The notes beneath the pieces were generated by a model. It saw only the letters and a program-made list of their open reading frames with translations, made no database searches and was not told the DNA's origin. Source: Candidatus Poribacteria bacterium (lineage in GTDB: Bacteria; Poribacteria; WGA-4E; WGA-3G). Taken from it: DNA of 64,000 bases. The stretch lies in NCBI GenBank assembly GCA_965220325.1, contig OZ244821.1, positions 1,179,428-1,243,427 of the forward strand. The letters run 5' to 3'. A program made the position numbers and the translations under genes. Numbering within the stretch: position 1 is the stretch's first letter; each line of letters opens with the position of its first letter. Below, in pieces: positions 18,801 to 27,251 of this stretch.

Positions 18801-19550
18801 TGTCGGTAGGGTTACCGGATCAAACATATCAACGATGGTGAACTTCTCTCTCATTGACGCGGAATTAGCTGTACCGTAGGTGGTCGTTCCATCAACAAGC
18901 CCGGTTGGGACAAACCCTGCCTCCGCATCCACGGTAACCCAGACATCTATCGGAAGATCAGAATCCTCACCAGTCTGATTACCAAAGAGGCTTAGACCTA
19001 CTCTAAATGTAGCGAAGAAAACCTTGCTTTGCACAGATTCGTCAACACCAGTAGTAGCGGTATCATCTGCTACGCCTGTAATCGCAACACTGACTGCACC
19101 GTCACCAGAAGTATCAGCATATAAATCCTTAGAAGGAGCTGATTGTGCTGCGGCAGTAACTGTAAGGTCAATGTCATCAGATTCTATACGAGAACCACCA
19201 CTTACAGCATCATATAGATGATCACTAAATGTGATCTTCGCTGTAAACACCCCAGCAACAGTACCATCCGCCGCAAATGCAATAGGAGTCGCGTCGGGAT
19301 CAACCACAAGCCTCACATTATTACCGTCTACGGTAGAACCCATAATATGATCCACCAATTCAATAGATTCGACGGTTGGTGCAGGCAGGTGCTGTGCATC
19401 GTGCGCAGCTTTAGTGAGCGTAGCACCACCAGTAGCGGCATGTTGAAGTCCAGCAGTCGTGCCATCAAGATCATGCGCCATGGCAGGTATCGCTGCAAGT
19501 GCGAAAATTAAAATTAAACTTGCTAAGGAAAATGTCAATCGATTTGACAT
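15822..19550 (-). CDS. large secreted protein with three lamin-tail (LTD) domains and duplicated Ig-like modules
   Basis: Signal peptide MSNRLTFSLASLILIFALAAIPAMA. LTD motifs (...EWIELRN..., ...EWIELFN..., ...EQWIELHN...). Duplicated roughly 100 aa module TATLTFNKPVMLEKADIIVTGGEAGTPMPATADATMDTMWTVEI. C-terminus is ...GKATTTWGELKSLQ. Confidence 0.75.
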   Translation of the reverse strand: MSNRLTFSLASLILIFALAAIPAMAHDLDGTTAGLQHAATGGATLTKAAHDAQHLPAPTVESIELVDHIMGSTVDGNNVRLVVDPDATPIAFAADGTVAGVFTAKITFSDHLYDAVSGGSRIESDDIDLTVTAAAQSAPSKDLYADTSGDGAVSVAITGVADDTATTGVDESVQSKVFFATFRVGLSLFGNQTGEDSDLPIDVWVTVDAEAGFVPTGLVDGTTTYGTANSASMREKFTIVDMFDPVTLPTVTITAPDATVDKKFTATLTFNKPVMLEKADIIVTGGEAGTPMPATADATMDTMWTVEISPVLDAASVVVDVAEKEATGAELEVTAESPPTVTILADSTATVDKKFTVTLNFSEKVELAMADIMVMGGTAGTPMPATADATMDTMWTVEITPTAGATSVEVSVSAMKATGMKETVTAKTPPAAAMLAAGKYLVVVRDKDSPPSFGNLSPDVVSWSEVSDEEEMPDLEELFDIGGTINVKVTGATRLQVVFSEVMWAVDQGQIDNRAAYLGEQWIELHNRTSDKNFAISAIKISSQARRPALAEETDRISNVVGAGDDWVLGKGQNGNSGATDGSGMVTGMVEFISMYRSNGGGPGHQSGHWTKSTELYATNHRGTPGQKERAGVQLVGTTNANRGPIIFNEIANHDNPDYEWIELRNVSGGNVNLKNYEVTMITGLDKDDDLIDFTTADRNVPAGGILLVVKKDPTGDPNHPLAAGWNFGVRNTWTVAKPGEANYVPGVNENSARYMVAHTFNELPDDHSNFVLVLRNRQDRNGSTGDNNIRDIAGYHPNLKVDDGTRFTNLWPLSNFPAPNRENNKLTVGTVQRRQHADIDGTKSKENNNNSDKVAFRDDDNGWSGIGYKRKAKPNAQNGGTPGHPHSAHARHNRFDATTRSSVIVSEIMIDQGPRNLPEWIELFNTSRTEAVSVQGWRITVTNHDMDSADGGVGSFDGDLTISFRLPNHVIPPRQSYLIVARSARNNTMLPKERIHSVNRRGSQLLLNTYGFQIKVEAWEKDSVYHAVDTIGNLGPAPENDRRSNGQSFVPISWMLPNTIGANSNRISLVRVSDTMGPIDGMDKNAWKFFDMSQQLGRTLDATSYGHTSDQGSPGHNAGGVLPVELSTFRPTRLDDGSVAIRWITESELDNAGFNILRSDTRDGQFTKLNTQLIAGQGTTSERTAYEFVDKTAKPNVVYYYQIQDVSIDGDIQVLKVTHLRGHVSPTGKATTTWGELKSLQ

Positions 19551-19867
19551 AGATTATTTTCCTCCAAAATGTAAAAAGAAAAAACAGTGTTAAGTCTCGC
19601 TTCTTTAAAGTGAGCGAAAACTTCCATTCAACAGTCGAATGGATTCAGGGAAGTAAACCCATTCTGAAACAATAAACTAACCTTTTTGGTGCGTAGGTGC
19701 GTTGTCCGCAACGCTACGCTTTTGTGTCAAATTTTACGGAGGTAATGACGACTCATCCGAGAGACTGTTTTTGGCGAGAGGCTGTTTCAAGCGAATCTCC
19801 CGAATTAAACCTCAAATATACATTAAGACGTTTTATTTTATCGAAAGTTACAACAATTTTGCCTTAA

Positions 19868-20650
19868 TTTACTAATATTATACAAAATTAATTGTATTAA
19901 GTCAAATTTATTTGCGTTTTTTTGAATAAAAAACCATTTTTATCGGCAATTACACAAAATATTATCAATTTAATTAACAGTTAGCCGAAATTTACGAAAC
20001 TATATGCGTAGTAAACCCATTTATATTTTGTTTAATCGTGAATTATGTTTATTTTTTACCAAATACATTAATATTATACGAAATAAATTGTATTAAGTCA
20101 AATTTATTTGTGTTTTTTTTGAATATAATCGGATATTTCTCGGTTTTTTGGGGGCGTTTGGGGGATTTGTATTGCGTTTGGGTGGTATTTTGGAGGTGGT
20201 ACAAATACAAAGACCACAGGCTAACGGTCTCCTATGCTACAAAGATTCGGAATTTTTTATTGTTGTTTAGAGAGATGGTACAAATACAAAGACCACAGGC
20301 TAACGGTCTCCTATGCTACAAAGATAGCGTATCGTAGGTTGGGTTGAACGGATGCGACCAAACCGCTGGGAAGCTATAGGTTTGCACGTAGAAGCCGGTT
20401 CGGTTGGGAAACCGAACCTACCAGGACGGGGTCGGACCAGGACGGGATCGGAAGTGTGGGTAGGTTTTTAACCCGAAACACGCGCTGGATGCACACTCTT
20501 TTCAGGGTTCCCTAGGCCTTGAAACGTGATGCACGGCGCGTGTTGGCGGGTGTTTTTGTTTTCTTTGGAGGAGAATAACATCTTCCTCACACTTTAATTA
20601 TACGCTAAAATTTAAAATTAAGTCAAATTTATTTTGTTTTTTGAAAAGAT
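19868..20650. repeat. three copies of an AT-rich repeat (ATTATACRAAATNAATTGTATTAAGTCAAATTTATTTGYGTTTTTTTGAATA) in a non-coding AT-rich tract
   Basis: Copies at about 19868-19935, 20066-20135 and 20590-20650. No credible ORF in 19560-20800. Confidence 0.5.
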
Positions 20651-20811
20651 CGGCATAGGAATAGGAGATAGGTTTGTAGCATAGAAGACTGTTGGCAGGC
20701 ATTTCCGAAGCCCTGAAAAGCCATGATTCAAACAGTAATTGATAAAGTATCTATCCATTCCACTCAAACCGAGGTAATTGGCGAAGGTATTGGTCTAGTA
20801 TACGCATATAG

Positions 20812-21351
20812 TTAATTCGGCTGCTGCTCAGCAGGAGATGGTTCGTCAAAGGGTTCACCCGCAGCTTCAGCTGCTTCTTTTCGCTTGAACCATTCAATCC
20901 ATGCTTGATTTGCCATCTGGAACCCCTCGGCTTTGCCCTCGGCTTTGCCTTCCGCTTTGCCCTCGGCTTTGCCCTCGGCTTTGCCCTCGGCTATACCTTC
21001 CGCTATACCTTCCGCTTTACCCTCGGCATAAACTCGGTCTCTAAATAACTTTGCATACCCAAACATGATTTCCTCCAGTATATGTGAAAAAATGAAAAAG
21101 AAGCCAACAATCAACGCCATCAGAACAGACGTTCGCGTTAATAACGTTCCACCTAATGCCTCCAACCTCCAACCAAAGAGAACTTCAAGTAATAGATTCA
21201 GTATTACAAGACTTGAAAAAATCCGAGCGAATACATAGAACCATTTTCGCGGGATCCGGACTAACGATACATAGTCCTTATCATTTGATGCCATCAACTG
21301 AAACATCCTTTCAAAATAGGGCGTGATAAAAGGTGCAATACACAGGACCAT
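20812..21351 (-). CDS. small membrane protein with C-terminal (AEGK)n repeat tract
   Basis: Three predicted TM helices, then AEGKAEGIAEGIAEGKAEGKAEGKAEGKAEGKAEG from 12-bp tandem repeats, then a W..KRKEAAEAAGEPFDEP tail paralogous to 14102-14407. Confidence 0.5.
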   Translation of the reverse strand: MVLCIAPFITPYFERMFQLMASNDKDYVSLVRIPRKWFYVFARIFSSLVILNLLLEVLFGWRLEALGGTLLTRTSVLMALIVGFFFIFSHILEEIMFGYAKLFRDRVYAEGKAEGIAEGIAEGKAEGKAEGKAEGKAEGKAEGFQMANQAWIEWFKRKEAAEAAGEPFDEPSPAEQQPN

Positions 21352-21377
21352 CGCTTTACTTTCATGTTGATATGTTA

Positions 21378-21407
21378 ATTATAATTCAGCGTGGATAGAG
21401 ATGTCAA
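21378..21407 (-). promoter_or_regulatory. sigma70-type promoter (TTGACA-N18-TATAAT) for 20812-21351
   Basis: Minus-strand TTGACATCTCTATCCACGCTGAATTATAAT, about 27 nt upstream of the start codon. Confidence 0.45.
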
Positions 21408-21496
21408 GGATTTTTTTATCAAGATTTTGATGCAGGGCCATTCAATTCTCGATTTGGATATTGGTTTTGCTTTACAGAGGTGAACATTCTTACGGA

Positions 21497-21621
21497 AAAT
21501 CGCGAGCGTGAAGAAACACCGTTTTTGCTTGGGCGTTTCTTAAGCAAAAACACTCGCTCCTACCGGGGAATCATATTCACAGATATAAAGTGAATAGGTA
21601 CAATTGAATGGCCCTGATAGT
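21497..21621 (+). repeat. REP copy with 45-bp hairpin-loop insertion
   Basis: CGCGAGCG[TGAAGAAACACCGTTTTTGCTTGGGCGTTTCTTAAGCAAAAACAC]TCGCTCCTAC...TTCACAGATATAAAGTGAATAGGTACA. The insert is itself a hairpin (GTTTTTGCTT/AAGCAAAAAC). Confidence 0.6.
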
Positions 21622-21866
21622 ATATTACTAAACTTTGGACAATTTTAGGTGCGATACACATGTCGCCCCGCTGGGGCTTAGACCTTGGGAGACCTGACGT
21701 TTCTATAAACATACCGCCCCGCTGGGGCTGCTCTTTAGTTCATTCGTGTTTATTTTCTTGTGAGTTGGGTTTGCATGAAAAACTTTTAGAAAAATCGGAA
21801 ATACTTCGGAAATAGGTCATGAACTCAACAGAAATTGTCCAAACTATAGTAGTATATTATCAAAAA
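21618..21866 (+). mobile_element. MITE-like element (about 250 bp) with terminal inverted repeats ACTAAACTTTGGACAATTTT / AAATTGTCCAAACTATAG and a paired-hairpin core
   Basis: Homologous over its whole length to 23735-23972 in the same orientation. The core is GCCCC-GCT-GGGGC x2. Confidence 0.55.
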
Positions 21867-21885
21867 TGTCCGAAAATGACAATGC

Positions 21886-21912
21886 AAAATTCTATATTGT
21901 CAAAATTGCGTA
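21886..21912 (+). promoter_or_regulatory. palindrome TGACAAT-N13-ATTGTCA plus direct repeats AATTCTATATTRTCAAAA upstream of fic, a possible operator
   Basis: Located 40-60 nt upstream of the Fic start in an AT-rich leader. Confidence 0.3.
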
Positions 21913-21948
21913 AAAATGATAATATAGAATTCTATATTATCAAAAACA

Positions 21949-23091
21949 GTGAAAAATAATAATATGAAAAAGTTTATAGCAGGCGAATACAGACAACAGA
22001 GAGAATATAAGAGTTTTACACCGTCCCTCGTAAACCGCTATTTTGTTTGGGAAGACCCACAGATAAATATTCTAATGGCAAGGGCAATGCAGCTCTTAGG
22101 AGAGTTAAATGCTTATGCCGAACTCATACCAGATGTAGATTTCTTCATTCAAATGACAATTACGAAAGAAGCTCGAGATTCAAATCTGCTTGAAGGGACG
22201 AGAACCGAACTTGATGAAGTTGTTCTTCCGCACACGGAAATTCCGCCGACCAGACGCGGTGATAGACAAGAGGTTCAAAATTATATTGAAGCGATGAATT
22301 TCGCAATAGCCGAACTTCCAAAAATTCCGATTTCGATGCGACTTCTCAAGGATGTACATAAAATACTACTTTCCGGTGTTCGCGGAAAACACAAGGCACC
22401 CGGTGAAATTCGCAGAAGTCAAAACTGGATTGGCGGTTCCTCGGTTTCTGATGCTTTTTTCGTTCCACCTTCTCCAGAAGAAGTCCCAGATCTTTTAAGT
22501 GATTTGGAGAAATTTTGGCACAACCGATCCCTGCAAATTCCGGAACTGATTAAAATCGCTATCACACATTATCAGTTTGAGACCATTCACCCCTTCCTTG
22601 ATGGAAACGGTAGGTGCGGGAGACTGTTAATCGTCTTGCAACTCATTGATGCAAAGATACTTGAGAAGCCGGGGCTTTATGTATCTACTTTTTTTCAGAG
22701 ACATAAAGATGCGTACTATGATTCACTTACTACGGTCCGTAAATTGAATAAATTAGATCAATGGATATTGTTTTTCTTAGAAGGAATCGCTGATGCTGCC
22801 AAGGATACAAGAGAAACGTTCAAGTCGATTACTGCGCTTCGTCAAGAATATGATACAGCGATTTTTACCTTGGGTTCTCGGGCAAAGAACGCTCAAAAAT
22901 TACTACTTTTTATGTACTCCCAACCGATTGTTAACGTAAATTGGGTTGCAACGGAATTAAACATAAACTATCCAACCGCGAACCGTCTCCTAAAATGTTT
23001 GACAGAACTTGACATACTAAAGGAAATTACGGGATACTCGCGTAATCGCTTTTTTGTCTTGGAGAAATACCTGAACCTCTTCAGAAGTTAG
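21949..23091 (+). CDS. fic: Fic family protein (class II, intramolecular inhibitory helix), probable AMP-transferase
   Basis: Canonical HPFLDGNGRCGRLL (HPFx[DE]GNGR) motif. The inhibitory motif SNLLEG ([ST]xxxE[GN]) lies N-terminal to the core. C-terminal wHTH-like region. Confidence 0.85.
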   Translation: MKNNNMKKFIAGEYRQQREYKSFTPSLVNRYFVWEDPQINILMARAMQLLGELNAYAELIPDVDFFIQMTITKEARDSNLLEGTRTELDEVVLPHTEIPPTRRGDRQEVQNYIEAMNFAIAELPKIPISMRLLKDVHKILLSGVRGKHKAPGEIRRSQNWIGGSSVSDAFFVPPSPEEVPDLLSDLEKFWHNRSLQIPELIKIAITHYQFETIHPFLDGNGRCGRLLIVLQLIDAKILEKPGLYVSTFFQRHKDAYYDSLTTVRKLNKLDQWILFFLEGIADAAKDTRETFKSITALRQEYDTAIFTLGSRAKNAQKLLLFMYSQPIVNVNWVATELNINYPTANRLLKCLTELDILKEITGYSRNRFFVLEKYLNLFRS

Positions 23092-23233
23092 CGGATTTCA
23101 GGCAAGCACTTTGATATCCTTGTACAGTACAGCCCGTTGATGCGTCGCACGCATTTCCGAAGCCGTGAAAAGCCATGATTCAAACAACAATTGACAAAAT
23201 ATTTACGCCCCGCTATGGATAACAGATATAAAT

Positions 23234-23262
23234 TTGACAAACTTACACATCTTTTGTATAAT
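23234..23262 (+). promoter_or_regulatory. consensus sigma70 promoter TTGACA-N17-TATAAT
   Basis: TTGACAAACTTACACATCTTTTGTATAAT, about 45 nt upstream of ORF 23308. Confidence 0.5.
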
Positions 23263-23307
23263 TACAATACACAAATAATAGATGCTCATAGAAAGGAGTG
23301 TTAAACT

Positions 23308-23508
23308 GTGAATGAAAATTTGGATTTCTCCGAGAAGCAGAAGGAATTTTTAAGAGATTTGCTCGGAGAAACTTTTTTACCTCTCGAAAGAAGGGTGAAT
23401 AGAGCACTCAATCGTTATGACCTTGTATCCGAGCATGTATTAAATCTTGACCGTGTTATCACTGAGGCAATTACAAGACTTGAGAATAACCTTAATGATA
23501 GCCATTGA
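23308..23508 (+). CDS. small hypothetical protein (66 aa, helical), possible Fic-associated partner
   Basis: GTG start 10 nt after GAAAGGAG Shine-Dalgarno, with a perfect upstream promoter. No homology recognised. Confidence 0.35.
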   Translation: MNENLDFSEKQKEFLRDLLGETFLPLERRVNRALNRYDLVSEHVLNLDRVITEAITRLENNLNDSH

Positions 23509-23734
23509 CTACTTCAGTCGATGGCTATTGTCTTTTCTAAACCTCTATACTATCTTTGATAAAGCGAATATGTAAAACTATAACGGATTTCAAAATTAAT
23601 GAGACCCTTTACAAGCGGACGAGGGAACCTCGCCCCTACAAGGGGTGGTCTCGGCAATCACTGAAATGTCTCTTTAATTATTGACTTTACTATAAATGCC
23701 CCTGATGGCCATGCTTTTTTTCGCTTGACTTTAC

Positions 23735-23972
23735 ATTATACTATAGTTTGGACAATTTTTGCGCAATAAACATGCCGCCCCTACGGGGCTTAGATTCGTG
23801 GCGGATGCCGTTTCTATAGACATATCGCCCCTACGGGGCTGCGTATCGGTGCATCGGCATTTATTTTTCTACGAGTTGCGTTTGTATCTGTAACACTCAG
23901 AAAATCCGAGAATGTGGTGGAAACAATGCCTGATCTGGATAGAAACTGTCCAAACTTTAGTACATTATATAT
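23735..23972 (+). mobile_element. second copy of the MITE-like element (TIRs TATAGTTTGGACAATTTTT / AAACTGTCCAAACTTTAG)
   Basis: Direct-orientation homolog of 21618-21866. Hairpins GCCCC-TAC-GGGGC x2. Confidence 0.55.
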
Positions 23973-24093
23973 AAGGCATGATTTATAGTAGGTGTTTTCA
24001 ATTTTGTAGATGCGTTTAAACACATCTATTTCTCCATAATATCATGTCGTTCAAATAGAATCAACGCTCTTTCAAGTTATACCCTTTTGATTT

Positions 24094-25191
24094 ATGAAAA
24101 TTCGAGATATTAAAGTCTATCAAGTGGATCTGCCGCTTTATGAAGGCAGCTACAACTGGTCCGGCGGAAAATCTGTTTCCGTTTTCGACAGTACGATTGT
24201 CTCCGTTGAAACAGACGAAGGTATTACCGGCTACGGTGAAGTCTGTCCGTTGGGACCGTTCTATCTGCCTGCTTACGCCACCGGTGCACGTACCGGTATC
24301 GCTGAACTTGCACAGCACCTCATCGGTGAAGACCCGACGCAACTCCTCCCGCTCAACCGACAGATGGACATCGCACTCAAGGGGCATCCGTACGTGAAAT
24401 CTGCAATCGACATGGCGTGCTGGGATATCCTCGGGAAAGCTTCAAACGCATCTATCTGCACGCTTCTCGGTGGGCGGTATGGCGAGGACTTCATGCTCTA
24501 TCGCGCGATCTCACAGGAATCGCCTGACGAGATGGCGGCGAAGGTTGCAACTTACCGGGCGGAGGGGTACCGTAAATTCCAGTTGAAAGTCGGCGGGGAT
24601 CCAAATACCGATATCGAACGTATCCACGCTGTCGCCGAGTTGATGGAATCGGGAGATGTGCTGATCGCGGATGCAAACACGGGGTGGTTGATGCACCAAG
24701 CTGCTCGCGTCGTCCGAGGTGTGAGCGATGTGGATGTCTATATCGAGCAGCCCTGTCTCTCATACGAAGAGTGCCTCGCCATCCGTCAGCGGACCGACCA
24801 CCCCTTTGTTCTCGATGAGACCATCGACGGCATCCACGCCTTATTACGCGGTCATGCCGACCGGGCGATGGATGTTGTGAATATCAAGATTAGCAAATTC
24901 GGCGGATTGACCAAAGCGAAACTCGCCAGAGACCTCTGCGTTGAACTCGGCGTAGCGATGACGATTGAAGACAGCTGGGGCGGCGATATTACAACCGCCG
25001 CGATTGCGCATCTGGCACACAGCACACCGCCAGAATTCCTTTTCACAGCGACGGATTTCAACAGTTATGTCACTGTCAGCACGGCGGAAGGCGCGCCGCA
25101 ACGGGTTAACGGCAGGATGGCAGCGTCAACGCAACCAGGTTTGGGGATTACACCGAAGATGGGGGTGTTGGGTGAAGAGCGGAAGAGGTGA
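24094..25191 (+). CDS. mandelate racemase/muconate lactonizing enzyme family (enolase superfamily) protein
   Basis: MR/MLE N-terminal capping domain plus barrel with metal-ligand region. 365 aa. Confidence 0.8.
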   Translation: MKIRDIKVYQVDLPLYEGSYNWSGGKSVSVFDSTIVSVETDEGITGYGEVCPLGPFYLPAYATGARTGIAELAQHLIGEDPTQLLPLNRQMDIALKGHPYVKSAIDMACWDILGKASNASICTLLGGRYGEDFMLYRAISQESPDEMAAKVATYRAEGYRKFQLKVGGDPNTDIERIHAVAELMESGDVLIADANTGWLMHQAARVVRGVSDVDVYIEQPCLSYEECLAIRQRTDHPFVLDETIDGIHALLRGHADRAMDVVNIKISKFGGLTKAKLARDLCVELGVAMTIEDSWGGDITTAAIAHLAHSTPPEFLFTATDFNSYVTVSTAEGAPQRVNGRMAASTQPGLGITPKMGVLGEERKR

Positions 25192-25270
25192 AGAGGGAAG
25201 GATGGAAGGCGGAAAGATGGAAGAGGGGAGGATGGAAGACCGGAGGATGGAAGAGGGGAGGCGGGAAGTT

Positions 25271-26236
25271 ATGTCTATTCGGATTCTCTCTGCGTCTGAT
25301 GTCCGGGCGGCATTACCGATGCCGAAAGCAGTTGATGCGATGCGGTACGCCTACGGTCAACTGTCGGCAGGTAAGGCGATCGCACCGCCCCGGCAACATA
25401 TCTCCACCGATAAAGGCGTTACGCTCATCATGCCTGCCTATCTCCCCGAACAGAACGAGTTTGGCATCAAAGTCGTCTCCGTTTACGACGATAACCCGAA
25501 CCTCGACCTACCGCGTATCACCGCGACAGTCTTAGTGCTTGACCCGACGACAGGGGCACCAAAAGCGTTCATTGACGGCGGCAGTCTGACGGCTATCCGT
25601 ACAGGTGCTGGTGGCGGTGTAGCGGCGGACCTGCTCGCGCGGCAGGACGCGAAAACGGTCGGACTCTTCGGCGCGGGTGTACAAGCGAGATCACAGTTAC
25701 AGGCGGTGATGGCAGTCAGAGACATCACGCGCGTGAACCTGATCAGTCGGACGGAAGCCTCTGCCGAACGACTGTCCGCTGAGATTTCGGCGTGGCGGAA
25801 TGCACCGCGGGTCCATCTTGCCCGTCATCCGAAAGCGGTCGTCACCGACGCTGACATCGTTATCTGCGCGACGACATCGGCAACCCCGCTTTTTGATGGA
25901 AACGCCTTACAACCTGGGACGCATATCACAGCCGTCGGTACGTTCGTACCTGAGAAACGGGAGGTCGATACCACAACAATAAGACGGGCAGACCGGATTG
26001 TTGTTGACTCGCGTGAAGCCTGTTTAGAGGAAGCCGGGGATTTGATTATCCCAAATGCCAAAATTGACGCAGAAATCGGTGAGATCGTCAACGGCGATAA
26101 ACAGGGTCGCGAGTCGGACGCGGAAATCACGTTTTTCAAATCGGTCGGTGTAGCGGTGCAAGATGCGGTCGCCGGTGCAGCCGTGCTTGCAGCAGCAGAA
26201 GCAGCAGGGTTAGGCACCGTCATTGAAATGGATTGA
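25271..26236 (+). CDS. ornithine cyclodeaminase / mu-crystallin family protein
   Basis: MSIRILSASDVRAALPM...GSLTAIRTGAGGGVAADLLARQDAKTVGLFGAGVQARSQ is typical OCD. The track ORF from 24965 starts in GGAAGG repeats that lack coding character, so the start is placed at the ATG at 25271, preceded by GGAGG. Confidence 0.8.
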   Translation: MSIRILSASDVRAALPMPKAVDAMRYAYGQLSAGKAIAPPRQHISTDKGVTLIMPAYLPEQNEFGIKVVSVYDDNPNLDLPRITATVLVLDPTTGAPKAFIDGGSLTAIRTGAGGGVAADLLARQDAKTVGLFGAGVQARSQLQAVMAVRDITRVNLISRTEASAERLSAEISAWRNAPRVHLARHPKAVVTDADIVICATTSATPLFDGNALQPGTHITAVGTFVPEKREVDTTTIRRADRIVVDSREACLEEAGDLIIPNAKIDAEIGEIVNGDKQGRESDAEITFFKSVGVAVQDAVAGAAVLAAAEAAGLGTVIEMD

Positions 26237-26309
26237 TTAGGACTTACGCATGCGGCTCTTTCGTACCACAAACTTTATGAAGATTAAATAAATATTTGGG
26301 TAATCGTTA

Positions 26310-26388
26310 AAGATCGCGAGCGCAGCTCGCTCCTACAGGGAAGAAGTATTTACATAGATAAAGTGAATATGTAAACTAAATACCCCTA
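26310..26388 (+). repeat. REP element copy
   Basis: AAAGATCGCGAGCGCAGCTCGCTCCTACAGGGAAGAAGTATTTACATAGATAAAGTGAATATGTAAA, immediately 3' of the LamG-protein gene. Confidence 0.6.
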
Positions 26389-26390
26389 GT

Positions 26391-27251
26391 CTATTCTGCT
26401 GATTTGAGTTTACCCCAGGTGGTAGCTGTTTTTCCTGCGGCATCAACTGCTAAAACACCTTCAATGCCACTGCCGAGTGCCTTAATTTCATCTGCGGAGA
26501 GCGGCACATTAAAGATGACAATTTCATCAATGATTCCGCTCCAATGACACCTTCCCTTACCGTTATTACAGCCTTCATCCGCGCCGATGTAGACGGCTTC
26601 AAAAGAATCCCAAGGTTGTCCGACTGCGTCTGCACTGTTCTGTAGTTCACCATCAACGTAGATATGGATTTTCGTTCCGTCCCACACGCCGACAAGGTGA
26701 ACCCACTCATTTACGGGAAGCGGGTCTCCGAGTGCTTCAAATCTTTCGGGTGCACTGTTGATACGATAATGGAACGAAGCTTGGTTAATTCTGCCGCCGA
26801 CGTTTTCATGGGCACCCGTGCCGAGTAGATACTGTGACCAACTCGAACAGCCTTGCCCTTTCCATATAACACATTTTCCGTTGGGCGGTGCCGTTGCCAA
26901 TACCCATGCGTGGATCGAGAACCCATTGGAGTCCTTGAAATTCAAGGCTGCCAAACTATCGGTATCCCTTTGCGTTCCGATACGCACATGGTTTTGTGCC
27001 GCAACGCCGCTGAACTCTATGCCGCCGCCGAATTTGGCTTTCGTCCATTTGACATCGCCAACAAACACACCGTCGCTACCGTTTCCAGAAAGATCTGTAA
27101 CGGTTTCACCTTTGCCTTCCTCAAATGTCCACATACCTTGAATCGTATTTTGAGCAATTTTTGCGTCACTTGTCGCTATCATTGCGAAACCGAGCACGGT
27201 AATAGTGCTAAGCGTGAGCATATAATTCAGATACCGTTTTGCGAAAAACAT
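26391..27251 (-). CDS. secreted LamG / concanavalin A-like lectin domain protein
   Basis: Signal peptide. LamG-like jelly-roll (WVHLVGVWDGTKIHIYVDGEL). C-terminal ...AAGKTATTWGKLKSAE matches the tail of the LTD protein. Confidence 0.6.
   Translation of the reverse strand: MFFAKRYLNYMLTLSTITVLGFAMIATSDAKIAQNTIQGMWTFEEGKGETVTDLSGNGSDGVFVGDVKWTKAKFGGGIEFSGVAAQNHVRIGTQRDTDSLAALNFKDSNGFSIHAWVLATAPPNGKCVIWKGQGCSSWSQYLLGTGAHENVGGRINQASFHYRINSAPERFEALGDPLPVNEWVHLVGVWDGTKIHIYVDGELQNSADAVGQPWDSFEAVYIGADEGCNNGKGRCHWSGIIDEIVIFNVPLSADEIKALGSGIEGVLAVDAAGKTATTWGKLKSAE

Noticed and set aside
16711-19511. Plus-strand ORFs of 64-261 aa
   Set aside because: They are antisense to the LTD-protein gene. No RBS or domain signal. 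The sense ORF has strong domain evidence.
24965-25270. N-terminal 102 codons of the track ORF for the OCD-family gene
   Set aside because: The translation ([26 protein letters not shown]) is GGAAGG-repeat-derived and overlaps the preceding gene. A conserved start MSIRIL with an upstream GGAGG lies at 25271.
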